Origin: a virus
Direction: 5' to 3' (one strand)
DNA: 64,000 bases
Virus record (IMG/VR): IMGVR_UViG_3300035438_001058
Span: 1-64,000 of that record
The notes beneath the pieces are model-generated. The model had not been told where the DNA came from, did no database searches, and saw only the letters and a program-made list of their open reading frames with translations. Positions 13,408-23,098 of the stretch are shown here, one piece after another (the stretch's first letter is position 1; the number at the start of each line of letters is the position of its first letter). Both the position numbers and the translations under genes were made by a program.

Positions 13408-14139
13408 TTAAGAGAGTTTGTGTTTAAATTTTGATGCGTTAGCAAGGATGTCCATGTAGCCACGGATTGGGGGAATGTCGGCTTGACGTAGTTTAGTGTC
13501 TACATTCAAGATTTCCAAGTTTCCGTCGCTGTCAAAGGCAATTTCAATTCGAGCGTAATCAAGCCCAAGGTCGTCAACAACATCTTTGATGATCCCTAGA
13601 AAGGGCAGACACATTTCAGAGCCTGGGATGTTGGTACTCAGTACTCCGTTGCGCACAAGGTGCTGACCTCTTGGAAGAGCTTTGCCATGTGCGTTAGGGA
13701 TTACTTGTGCGAAACCGCGCTGAGTAAGGAGCGGGTTAGGGCGCAAAAGCACTGAATGCTCATTAGATGCGTCCATGTGAGTCAAAATGTCAATCAATGA
13801 TGACAGTTCGACAGCAGAACCATTTCTTTGTAGAACTGCGGAACCTTGTTCCAGAAACTCTTCAAATTCCCCCAAATCCAAGGTAGACTTGTAGCTGAAT
13901 TGAGAGTACGGAGTTTGGGGAGGAACGGGATACCCGCTTTGAGCTAGTTTGTTAAACAACAAATCTTTGTTCTCCGTTAGTTCCACAGATTTCTTCGGGT
14001 TGATGTGCACTTTCGACTTGCGAATGATATCATCGCTCAAGGTAGCACTGTTAAAGCAGCCAGAAGCCGCATAAGGTGGTGTAAAAAACATGGACGTAAC
14101 GCCTGGGATGTTTTTCTTGGTTGCTTGATCTACTACCAT
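13408..14139 (-). CDS. ATP-grasp-like protein, probably degenerate
   Basis: INPKKSVELTENKDLLFNKL...GYPVP and LGLDYARIEIAFD...ILNVDT resemble RimK/GshB-type ATP-grasp motifs with altered catalytic residues. Confidence 0.55.
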   Translation of the reverse strand: MVVDQATKKNIPGVTSMFFTPPYAASGCFNSATLSDDIIRKSKVHINPKKSVELTENKDLLFNKLAQSGYPVPPQTPYSQFSYKSTLDLGEFEEFLEQGSAVLQRNGSAVELSSLIDILTHMDASNEHSVLLRPNPLLTQRGFAQVIPNAHGKALPRGQHLVRNGVLSTNIPGSEMCLPFLGIIKDVVDDLGLDYARIEIAFDSDGNLEILNVDTKLRQADIPPIRGYMDILANASKFKHKLS

Positions 14140-14804
14140 TTAACTGGGTGTTTTAAGAACGAATTGATTTGTGTAAAAAATTTCCCCCCGAAAAATCCAG
14201 CGCGAGCTGAAAATGGGGAAGGATGGGCACCTGTAATAATGTGATGTTTACTGTTTGTAATTAAGGTTTTGTGGGTTTGAGCTTTCTTCCCCCATAGCAC
14301 CCACACTATAGAAGAGTTACTTTTATTCAGAGAAGTAATTAACTCCTTAGAAAAGGGGTCCCAAATCGCCAGGTGGGAACCCGGCTTACCCTTTTCCACT
14401 GTAAGCGCCGTGTTTAATAAGAGCACACCTTGGCTAGGGAGGTGCTCAAGATAAGACAACTGGTTTTCACCTGATATTGATGGGGTTTTGGTGTCAGACT
14501 CAATCTCCCTTAAAATATTCCTCAAGGAAGGAGAGGGTTTCCGGCTTTTGGGGTTATCAAAAGCAAGGCCTATGGCGCTGCCAAAATCATGGTACGGATC
14601 TTGCGCTAAAATTACTACACGCACATTCTCATATGGAAGCTCTTTCAAACTTCGAAAAATGTTATGTACGGCAGGAAAGACTACTTCCGTCTCAGCTACT
14701 TTATTCAAATAAGGGACAACGCTACTTTTAAAGTAATCGAAAGCCTTACTAGAATGTACTAGCCAGCTATTGTGCACAAGATGACTTAGGTTATTGTGTT
14801 GCAT
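14133..14804 (-). CDS. ung: Uracil-DNA glycosylase (family 1)
   Basis: VVILAQDPYH, PSLRNI, QGVLLLNTALTV and HPSPFS motifs. Confidence 0.95.
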   Translation of the reverse strand: MQHNNLSHLVHNSWLVHSSKAFDYFKSSVVPYLNKVAETEVVFPAVHNIFRSLKELPYENVRVVILAQDPYHDFGSAIGLAFDNPKSRKPSPSLRNILREIESDTKTPSISGENQLSYLEHLPSQGVLLLNTALTVEKGKPGSHLAIWDPFSKELITSLNKSNSSIVWVLWGKKAQTHKTLITNSKHHIITGAHPSPFSARAGFFGGKFFTQINSFLKHPVKW

Positions 14805-15195
14805 TTGTAAGGGCGGTGTCTCGTACTATGTAAGTTCCTTTAGGCGTGTCTTTGTAAAGCCAAACATGGACAGAGTCCAGACATTCGGAGGCAGATTCAC
14901 AGGACGCAAACGCTCCTCCGATTTGAGAGAAGTATTCTCTTTCAGCGGCGGGAAGTAAAGGGACAGTAATCGGGATGACATACAGCATACGCCCGTCAGA
15001 TTCGGAGAAAGTCTCCACTTCCACAGAGTAAGAATTAAGTCCTTCCTTTTGCAGCTCAATAATTTCGTCAAGTTTCTGAGTTTGAAGTTCCACAGTTTGT
15101 AACATTAAGAAAAATCCCGCAGACATAATAAATCCCCACAAGATTGGGGCAAGTGTGAGTATTACGCTAGGGACAAAATTTTTAAAAGGGGGCAT
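14791..15195 (-). CDS. Membrane-anchored hypothetical protein
   Basis: Hydrophobic N-terminus; overlaps both neighbouring genes. Confidence 0.55.
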   Translation of the reverse strand: MPPFKNFVPSVILTLAPILWGFIMSAGFFLMLQTVELQTQKLDEIIELQKEGLNSYSVEVETFSESDGRMLYVIPITVPLLPAAEREYFSQIGGAFASCESASECLDSVHVWLYKDTPKGTYIVRDTALTNATQ

Positions 15196-16156
15196 TCCCG
15201 GTGTTTTTAAATTGTGATTTTATTAGTTTTTTTATCAGCCTGTATGTCTTACTAGGTTTGTGTGTTTTTTGAAAATCAGAAATGTCCTTATCTGCACAAC
15301 CAGTAGTGATGAACGGTATTCTATGTTTTCTAGCCAAAATGGCTGAAGATGCTAAACCTGCTGGGTCATGATCTAAGAATAAACATACGTACCTGAATCT
15401 ACTTTTCAATATTTTCACGTACATATCTACAACCTTAGAAGCGTCGCCTGAGTCAGAAGTTCCATAAGTCTCACCATTAAAGCAGATTGCTGGGAACCCA
15501 TGTTGCCTAAGTACCATAACATCTTTTATAGAAGATGTAATAAAGCACAGCACTCCTTTCTTCTGTAATTGAAAAAATCCTCCTACGTCTTTACAATTAG
15601 CGTTACCAGCCCACTTCTTAATTTTATCAGCTAATGGTCTGTAAAACTTCATGTGCCCTGAAATAAATTTATAGACAAATATAGGATTAGTTTTTGTACT
15701 TCTCCCTCAAAATGTCTCGTTTCTGTACACACTCTTTGCCAAAAAGCAATACTTGGCTACTATACTCATTGGTATTCAGTACTGTTTCCAATAGTCTTCA
15801 CTAATTTTAATATCTTCAGGTATAAAATCAAAGACTAACTCTTGTACTTCTTTTGCAGCTGCTTGTATTGGCTTCATTTTGGGGATGTCTGCACGAATCC
15901 TATCCATTACTTGTGTGTAAGTTAATCCAAACTTAGTTTCCATAAAACTAACCAGATCATACATTTTACCTATTCCAAAATCATGGAAATACAATTTACC
16001 TACTTTAGACTTTCAAAAACTGCACGTTGGGTGTGAGTCCTTTCTAAGTGGGGATTTGTACATTTTCCCTAACTCTACAACTTCTCCCAGATAATAGGAA
16101 AAAGCAGTTTCTTCTGATACTAACTCTTTTCAGTTTTTAAATTCTGTAGCTTTCAT
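15182..16156 (-). CDS. DNA primase (DnaG-like, Zn-finger plus TOPRIM; 324 aa with TGA at 16130, 16013, 15776 and 15707 read through)
   Basis: One continuous frame from ATG 16156: YKSPLRKDSHPTCSF*K...YFHDFG, then KFYRP, ITSSIKDVM, LDHDPAG, KDISDF. Only TGA codons interrupt it. Confidence 0.85.
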
Positions 16157-16165
16157 TAGAAATAA

Positions 16166-16203
16166 AATAGGGGGTGCGCTTAGAATTTAAACACACCCCC
16201 TGT
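16166..16203 (-). terminator. Intrinsic terminator hairpin
   Basis: GGGGGTG...CACCCCC stem with a T-rich tail on the minus strand. Confidence 0.5.
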
Positions 16204-16209
16204 TAAAGG

Positions 16210-16815
16210 TTACACTAAACTAGTTAAATCTTCTGAAGACATTGCACTACCCACATTCTGAGAAGCCGCACGTTTTCCTTCCATTGCTGCTACAGCTTCT
16301 AATTCTTTTTGCGTGAATGCTAACTTGGTAGGAATGCCTACTTTGTGCTTTTCCACGTAGGTGCCGTACTTGGAGGACATGGTATCAGGATACTTCTGCT
16401 CTTTATAATCAGGCACAACTTTCAGATTAACTTGTGTCCCTTTTTGCTGATTGAGCAAAGCTGCCGCGCTTGTCACAAAGGATTTGTAATCTACAGCACT
16501 AAAAGCTTCCACAATCTCTGGAGATAGTAATTCAGTCATGAGCTGAACTATGTAACTAATATTTCTTGACTCCTCACGTGTTTTAGCATCCTGTATAGTT
16601 TCGTTCCCCAAAGGAGAAGCCCCTGTTGGGGTAAATAGGCGCTTGTGAAGTGTTCTGCCACTTTTGTTTGAGAAATTGATGTCGTACCATGTAGTTTCGG
16701 TAGTTATACCATTAAAGACGACTGATCCGTCGCTGTGGATTCCTACAGGAATTTTAACACCACTTCCCTTGTTGTCTGCCGCCAACTCTGCGGCGAATAG
16801 TTTTGCTTCGTACAT
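16210..16815 (-). CDS. Putative single-stranded DNA-binding / replication accessory protein
   Basis: 201 aa, located between the AAA ATPase and primase, with a low-complexity C-terminal tail. The call rests on position only. Confidence 0.45.
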   Translation of the reverse strand: MYEAKLFAAELAADNKGSGVKIPVGIHSDGSVVFNGITTETTWYDINFSNKSGRTLHKRLFTPTGASPLGNETIQDAKTREESRNISYIVQLMTELLSPEIVEAFSAVDYKSFVTSAAALLNQQKGTQVNLKVVPDYKEQKYPDTMSSKYGTYVEKHKVGIPTKLAFTQKELEAVAAMEGKRAASQNVGSAMSSEDLTSLV

Positions 16816-16836
16816 ATGTTTGTGTTTGTTGTTAGA

Positions 16837-17496
16837 TTAATTCTCAGCTTCTAGTACTGTTTTGCGCACAAATTCTAGATTATTCTCGATCTTTTCATCG
16901 AAAACTCCCATAACGCTGCGTGCTTCCGTTGTCCCATCGTTTTGGGTTATAAGTGAGTATTCCATCTTACCGTCCGCGCCTTTATTGACTTTCGTGTAAA
17001 GGTTGTAAGATAGGAATGCGGATAAATTTATCTTAGTAAGTTTCTTACCATTCGTCATTGTTCGCCAGTGAGTAACTCCGTTTACTTCAAATGGTTCGAT
17101 ATGAGCCATTACAAAAACAACCATGTCCTCTCGCTTAATCTCTCTTATTAGTTTATACAGGTTTCATACATCTGTAGCTAAATCTGCCCATTTATCTCTA
17201 GAAGGAGATTCAAGGATAGCCATTTCTTCTGCAGTCATCATGCCGTTAATTGTGTCTATAACAATGGCATTTACATCAGGCCTAGTCTCAGATACAGCCT
17301 TTATAAGTTTGTATATAGTAGCTGGGTCGTCTGTTTCTGCGTAGTTTTTATTCTCTTTATTAAAGTCAGCTTTCCAACCTTTCCAAGAGAGTCCTTTTTT
17401 GTCGGGCGATATATAATAGGTTTTCTTAGGATCTAAAAATCTAGCCCCAGTTGTTTTTCCAGACGCAGATGGTCCGGATATTTGTACTAATACCAT
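16837..17496 (-). CDS. AAA_24 / Sak4-like ATPase (219 aa with TGA 17164-17166 read as Trp)
   Basis: Walker A GPSASGKTT and Walker B IVIDTI. The frame reads WADLATDV*NLYKLIREIKREDMVVFVMAHIE into ORF 16837..17124. Confidence 0.85.
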
Positions 17497-18485
17497 TATA
17501 TTAAGTTTATTTGTTCTAGTGTTGCGTTCTTAAAATCTTCTACCATTGGGATTATAACTGTTTTACCGAAACGCTCTTTTATAAGATGCCAGTAAACCAT
17601 ATCCCTTTTGGGATCATTTGGTGCTTTTATTGGTAATCCTCTAGGAAATTTATCCCCTTGAGGAGGTCCGTAATACTCCTTTATTCCATTTACATTTGCG
17701 GGTCTATGACTTATCATGACATAGTCAGAACAGTGGTAAATAGACGAAGCTGCAAAAATGTCGTTTCGTGTGGGATAATGGAGTAACGGATTTGATGTTC
17801 TTTCAGGACGTTCTATGTCCCGATTTAATTGTGATAAAACTAAGAATATGCACCTCAATCCTGTGGATGCAAAGTATTTTTTTAATTCGAGAAACACTGT
17901 CATCAACTCGTCAATGATAGATTTCTCTGTTTCCCCGCTTTTCCCCCTAACTAGGGTAGCGTGATCTATGGATATTACTAAGCCCTTGTTTAAACTTAAG
18001 AGATCTCTTTCCATAGCAAACTGTAATATGGTAGCCCGTATTTGCTCAGGTGTTCCAGGATTGTCTACGTAAAATACTGGAGAGTTTTTTCTATCCTCTA
18101 ATATATTCATTACTTCTGAGTAGTCATCATCACTTAATGGTGTATCAGAAGAATAAATATCCTTGAGAGATTTTTTTATTTTAGAGGATACGTACCTAGT
18201 AAGCTGGTCTTCTATAAGCATCTCAAAATCAAAAGACAGAATTTCAAAAGAATCGTCGTTGAGATCTAGAAAATCCCGCTTTATTTGCTCAAGTATAGTT
18301 GATTTACCACCGCCAGATAATGCCGCAATAGTAAAAATTCTATTTCAGTCTATACCATTTAGCAAAGCCTTGTTGAGCTTAGAAAATGAGGTTTTAAGAG
18401 ACTTAATTTCTCCGGTCCTTAGCTTGGTTATATACTCAGCAGTTACGTCCGCACCATGTGATATATGCCTTACATTTAAACTCAT
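17496..18485 (-). CDS. DnaB-like replicative helicase (329 aa with TGA 18345-18347 read as Trp)
   Basis: ATG 18485 overlaps the upstream stop. Reads LKTSFSKLNKALLNGID*NRIFTIAALSGGGKST, then SFDFEM, ISIDH and LSQLNRDIE. Confidence 0.9.
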
Positions 18486-19042
18486 TACATTAATTCATCT
18501 GATGTGAATGTTGTGGGTTGCGGCTCAACATCTAAGTCGGCATACACTTTATCTACTAACCACCTAACTGGACTTTTCATAAACTTCAAGGCGTTATTGA
18601 CACCAAAGTTCTCAAACTTTCTACTATTTACTTCAGACTGTAAGGCTTTTAACACCATCTCAGAAGATGTGGTTTTAGTAGCTTGCAGCCATTCTTTATA
18701 AGTTTCTTCTTTATTTACTCGGATCACCCTTGTTTTAGGATAATGAGAGTGTTTGTCAGACGCTGGGAAACTACGCCAAAACTTTTCAAACTCTTCTGTG
18801 TAGGGAGGTGGTGTACCTCCATCAGTAGTCAAATGAAAAATCAATATTTTCCCAGCGTCTGAAATTTTCTTGGTAGTCGTCTCTAGTAAGTTTCGGGACA
18901 CTAGAGTCTCTACGACTTCTGATTTTAGATATTCTCCTAGAGATGTCAACTCCTCTCGGCTCGCAAGGAGCAGGTACAGCAGCTCTTCTAAGCTCAACAT
19001 CTCTTGCCTGCACCGCTGATATGTATTTAATGTTAATTTCAT
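18485..19042 (-). CDS. Putative replication initiator / helicase loader-like protein
   Basis: FEKFWRSFP and FMKSPVRWL segments resemble phage replisome-organizer C-terminal domains; the gene lies directly upstream of the helicase. Confidence 0.55.
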   Translation of the reverse strand: MKLTLNTYQRCRQEMLSLEELLYLLLASREELTSLGEYLKSEVVETLVSRNLLETTTKKISDAGKILIFHLTTDGGTPPPYTEEFEKFWRSFPASDKHSHYPKTRVIRVNKEETYKEWLQATKTTSSEMVLKALQSEVNSRKFENFGVNNALKFMKSPVRWLVDKVYADLDVEPQPTTFTSDELM

Positions 19043-19334
19043 AAATTATATTTTGGAGCACTATTTTTATGCTTAATTGATTTTCCTTGGCGGACTGCGT
19101 TGATTGTTTTAAAAGCTCGGCCGTTGTGTGCATTATCTCCATAACATCTAGTACGCACCACTCAATGCTTCTATAATAGCACGAAGTTAATACACAACTG
19201 TGGGTGTCTTCAGAAAAGTGCAAGACAAACTTGTAGTGAGTAGTGTCTTTATAAGCTGTTTCATAGATATAATATTTATAAATATCTACGTAATTCCCCT
19301 TAAACAGTTGATGCTGCGAATTTAATTTTTTCAC
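18822..19334 (-). CDS. Hypothetical protein (boundaries uncertain)
   Basis: Fills the 19042-19300 gap but overlaps the next gene by about 220 nt. Confidence 0.35.
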   Translation of the reverse strand: MKKLNSQHQLFKGNYVDIYKYYIYETAYKDTTHYKFVLHFSEDTHSCVLTSCYYRSIEWCVLDVMEIMHTTAELLKQSTQSAKENQLSIKIVLQNIIYEINIKYISAVQARDVELRRAAVPAPCEPRGVDISRRISKIRSRRDSSVPKLTRDDYQENFRRWENIDFSFDY

Positions 19335-19536
19335 TTTTATCTGTGATTATGAACATAACAGCATCTTCAACATCTGTCCACGGACCTTCCTCGCTGTCTC
19401 TAGCAGTACCTACATAACAGATTACATAGTTAAGATTATTAACCTTGACAATGTCGTAACTAAAGAACGCTTTTTTTGTAGGCAACGCGTCAGACCAAAG
19501 TATGTCTTTTTCAAGATATTTGATTTTATGTTCCAC
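19300..19536 (-). CDS. Small hypothetical protein
   Basis: 78-aa ORF with an overlapping operon arrangement. Confidence 0.55.
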   Translation of the reverse strand: MEHKIKYLEKDILWSDALPTKKAFFSYDIVKVNNLNYVICYVGTARDSEEGPWTDVEDAVMFIITDKSEKIKFAASTV

Positions 19537-19768
19537 TTTTTTCGTTAATTATTTGATAAGCTTTTTCTACAGCGTCTTCAAGAGTAGCAAATGGACCTTT
19601 ACTTGTCTTTACTACATACTTTCCAGCAACTGTGTCTTTGCTATAGGAAATTGTCAGCGTGTAAGTTAGCATTTTTCTTCTGCTTTTATAGACATTTAAA
19701 GTGTGCAAAACTTGACCAGACATTATCTCTATTGTTTGAACGTGCTTCTTACTTTTTGGAGTTGGCAT
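19526..19768 (-). CDS. Small hypothetical protein
   Basis: 80-aa ORF with an overlapping operon arrangement. Confidence 0.55.
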   Translation of the reverse strand: MPTPKSKKHVQTIEIMSGQVLHTLNVYKSRRKMLTYTLTISYSKDTVAGKYVVKTSKGPFATLEDAVEKAYQIINEKSGT

Positions 19769-19991
19769 CTAGTATTTTGTCTATACGTGTGAAGCACTCT
19801 TCAACCACACTCTCGATATCTGGATAATATGGACTTTTAAGGACTTCTTCTGTACGCATGACCTGCTTTTCAGAGTGCACAACCCCTATTTTATAATAGA
19901 AAAAAATTTCTTTTCCTATTAAAGATTTGTACACGTGAATTACTGCGTCTAAGTCCTCTTTAATTTCAAATACATACTTCCAAATTTCCAT
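19749..19991 (-). CDS. Small hypothetical protein
   Basis: 80-aa ORF; TAATG stop/start overlap with the upstream gene. Confidence 0.6.
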   Translation of the reverse strand: MEIWKYVFEIKEDLDAVIHVYKSLIGKEIFFYYKIGVVHSEKQVMRTEEVLKSPYYPDIESVVEECFTRIDKILDANSKK

Positions 19992-21139
19992 TACATTTTC
20001 ATTGTTAGCTGTTCTGCATCTGCGTCCATTAACTCTTCGACAATAGTCTCAAATTTTTCGTAATTTAATGGTCCCCAAACAGCTAGAACCCGTCCACTTT
20101 TTTTTCTTTTTTTAATGTGAAAAAGGTTAGGATCTCTAACTCCTTGGGTAAAGTTGTAAATGATATCCCCCACTACTATGGCTGCAAATGCTGGTATATT
20201 AGCACACTCGCAGTAAGCACATACTATTTGACCTTCTTTATTAATGTGCCTTGAAATAGTACTTGATGGTAGAATCATCAAATCTACCGCAAATTCCTCC
20301 AAACATAAATCACAGACATCATCTCTGTACCTACTTACCTTGCCCTGCATAGTTTTATCAGCGGTAAACAATCTGTTGTGCTCAGTAGTATGTAAGAATT
20401 TGTAAGCACATGGACCACATTGATACTCAATGTTTTGTTTTCCGTGAAAATCTGTTCTCATTTTAAACTCATCATTTATCATATAATAAGGCTCTCCACA
20501 AGTAGGGCATACGGCTGTTTGAAAAGTATTGGTGTAGAAATTAGATATACTTTTTTCTGGTAACCTCCCACTTATTTCTTTTATACACGAAGCACAAGTT
20601 AAAATAGTACCTCCATCCACAGTGTAAGGATCGTTTCCACACGGTACCCACATGAAATTAGAAGTTGTTTCTTCTACAACCCCTTGACAGAAGTAACAAT
20701 GCTTAACAGTATATAAAGATATATCTAATTCGTATTCGTACTTTGATTCTAAGTGCGTGAGACTATAATAGCAGTCTGCGGCAAACCTTCCGTCAAATAG
20801 TAGGGAATCAATTTTAGAATTTTTAGCGACGTCTTTGTTGGATAAGGCCTTGTAAAATATGTCCTCTGAATGTCTAGAGTTCAGATTTTTCATAGCTGTA
20901 ATTGCAGAGGAACAATTACTGCAGGTGTGCACACCTTCCAATACATCTATAAATTCGCGTTTTTCGACTTCTGATATTATGGTAAACTCTTCGTTGTCAT
21001 GCAGGGAATCACATAGCACACAAAGCGCGTGGTTATCCCCATAAGGGGCTCTGTACTTTTCAAACCCAACAGGTAAGTAAGCACCTCTAGATCTAATATA
21101 CCGATCTAACTTTGTATTTGATTTATGGTTTCGACTCAT
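19991..21139 (-). CDS. Multi-CxxC (zinc-ribbon-rich) protein
   Basis: Eight CxxC pairs: CVLC, CSNC, CYFC, CASC, CPTC, CGPC, CDLC, CAYC. Confidence 0.7.
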   Translation of the reverse strand: MSRNHKSNTKLDRYIRSRGAYLPVGFEKYRAPYGDNHALCVLCDSLHDNEEFTIISEVEKREFIDVLEGVHTCSNCSSAITAMKNLNSRHSEDIFYKALSNKDVAKNSKIDSLLFDGRFAADCYYSLTHLESKYEYELDISLYTVKHCYFCQGVVEETTSNFMWVPCGNDPYTVDGGTILTCASCIKEISGRLPEKSISNFYTNTFQTAVCPTCGEPYYMINDEFKMRTDFHGKQNIEYQCGPCAYKFLHTTEHNRLFTADKTMQGKVSRYRDDVCDLCLEEFAVDLMILPSSTISRHINKEGQIVCAYCECANIPAFAAIVVGDIIYNFTQGVRDPNLFHIKKRKKSGRVLAVWGPLNYEKFETIVEELMDADAEQLTMKM

Positions 21140-22308
21140 TTTGTAACACTTTTTAATCCAGCCCCAACTGTTTTAGCGTCTACCCAATTCTTTTCGACAG
21201 AGTTCTTGGTGTAAAGATTAATAAATATGGGTTTCATTTTCCCCTCTTTAAATCTTAGAATTCTGCCAGTTTGTTGCGTATTAGTAAGTTTAGTAGATAC
21301 TCCTGATAAGCATATTGCTCCGTCGACATCTGGCAAGTTAACACCTTCGTTTAAAGCGTCAACTGCTATAAGCAAGTTGAAATCACCGTTCTTAAACGCC
21401 TGTAAAACAATTTCTCTACTCTTTAACTTCATCTTAGAGTGGTAAACTCTACCCCCTACTACAGATCTTAAAGCTTCAGCAAATTTAATACTTTTAGTAA
21501 ACAGCAACCACTTTCTATTTGGCTCAAACTTTTCTATTATAGCTTTGGCGACACTAATCTTGGTAAGATTATTGTAAACCACTAATTTTCTTAGTTGCAT
21601 GGCTCCCCAGTATTGTTTGCAGAGCGTCTTTAGTTCCCTATCGTCAGAATACTGTTCAGCCTTAGCCAGATCAAACACGTTACGATATCTAGAAGATAAA
21701 TTAGGATCTTCACTTCGCAACCTGTCCAGCTTTATTAGCGACGTATTAAACACGTTGTCAAATGCCTTGTATTTACCTGCCATTGATTTGTCCATCCCCA
21801 CTTCTAAGTTGTAGATATTGAATTTAGGTAATATACCTTTATCGACAACATCTAATAAACTCTTGGCGTAAACAACTGGCGCTACTATACCTAAAAACTC
21901 TACGTACTCTTCTTCGTCTGGTATTGTTGCTGTTAAGCACAACATAGACGTAGCTTTAATACTTTGAAATACTTTTCTGTATTCAGGAGAAAGAGCTCTA
22001 TGAACTTCATCTATGATCACGAAATCGTATTCAGCGACATATCTGTAAGCAGATTGAATGCAAAGATAATCAACATTATTGTTATCTCCTAATTCTGCGG
22101 CAAATAATTCCCTAAATTGGTGTATAATGGGGATTCTTGAGGTAATGACTAGTGTCTTAGGAGGGACTCTAAAAGACTTAAAAGCCATTACCGCAAGTCT
22201 GGATTTTCCTACCCCGGTAGGTAGTACAACCGTTCCCCATTTACCAGCCTTATCTCAGGCTGTCAACGCTTCATTTTGAAGTGCTGTTACATTTTCTCTT
22301 AGTTTCAT
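21106..22308 (-). CDS. Superfamily 2 (DExH, SSL2/UvsW-like) helicase; TGA at 22255 and probably at 21136 read as Trp
   Basis: ATG 22308 gives LQNEALTA*DKAGKWGTVVLPTGVGKS, then IIDEVH, LTAT, LNEGVNLP and QQTGRILR. Readthrough of the last TGA adds WVETINQIQS before TAG. Confidence 0.9.
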
Positions 22309-22309
22309 C

Positions 22310-23092
22310 TTAGGTGCATGAGGCACAGTGGCCTCTTTCGTTAAAATATTCGTTTGTGCTGTCCAAGGCTTTTAAGCAGCTGGTACATTTGCCTTCACTT
22401 AAGTTGGCCATACAATTAGAGCAAAATGTGGCGTACTTAGTACTAGGAGTAAATTTTGCGTTACATCCTAAGCACGTGGACAATCCCTTAGCTTCTTTAG
22501 TGCAAGATTTGCATAGGGTTCTACCTACTGTGGTAGCTTTTCTGCATTTTGGGCAGATTTTAATGTCTTTACTATCTCTGGTGGCAGAAGTGTGGATCTG
22601 AATTTCTTTATAGCAATCTTTACATTGCCCCCTAGAGTTTAAGTGCGAAACATTTTTACAACTAGAACATTGTTCTGTCTTGTTGGTTTTTGGCATAAAG
22701 TTTCCGCCATAAAAACACTCTGGGCACGCACTAGTGTGCGAGGCATAAACATCACATTCATTCTTACACTTCGAGCATATAAGGGTTGCCTCGCTAGCGC
22801 AAGCCCCACATAGGGTTTCTCGCACAAGGCGGGAATTGCTGGGTATTAACTCGTTATCTTTTTCAAAACAACGTTGACACGCTCCTGCTATATTAACCCA
22901 TTTCTGCTCACCACACTCGTGGCAAACATCTTGGTGAGTTTCGACCCATTCTGCGTGCGTAGGGGCAGTTAGAACGCTAGAAGCAGGGTAACCTTTACAC
23001 TTTCTACAAGTGTTCTTACAATTACTGCATACAGCGTTCTCTAAATAGTGAAAGCAAGATGGGTCTAAGCACTGCCTGCTTTCACTCTCTAG
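22310..23092 (-). CDS. Cys-rich zinc-ribbon extension (260 codons) reached by -1 frameshift from the upstream membrane protein
   Basis: The frame is open from 23101 to 22310 with CxxC motifs throughout, but has no ATG/GTG/TTG before 22825. A slippery A_AAA_AAC sits at 23098-23092. Confidence 0.7.
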   Translation of the reverse strand, partial: LESESRQCLDPSCFHYLENAVCSNCKNTCRKCKGYPASSVLTAPTHAEWVETHQDVCHECGEQKWVNIAGACQRCFEKDNELIPSNSRLVRETLCGACASEATLICSKCKNECDVYASHTSACPECFYGGNFMPKTNKTEQCSSCKNVSHLNSRGQCKDCYKEIQIHTSATRDSKDIKICPKCRKATTVGRTLCKSCTKEAKGLSTCLGCNAKFTPSTKYATFCSNCMANLSEGKCTSCLKALDSTNEYFNERGHCASCT

Positions 23093-23098
23093 TTTTTT
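23047..23098 (-). promoter_or_regulatory. Programmed -1 ribosomal frameshift signal (slippery heptamer plus hairpin)
   Basis: Minus strand: TCA AAA AAC TAG AG, then AGTGAAAGCAGG-(16 nt)-CTTGCTTTCACT, a 12-bp stem starting 5 nt after the heptamer. Confidence 0.75.
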
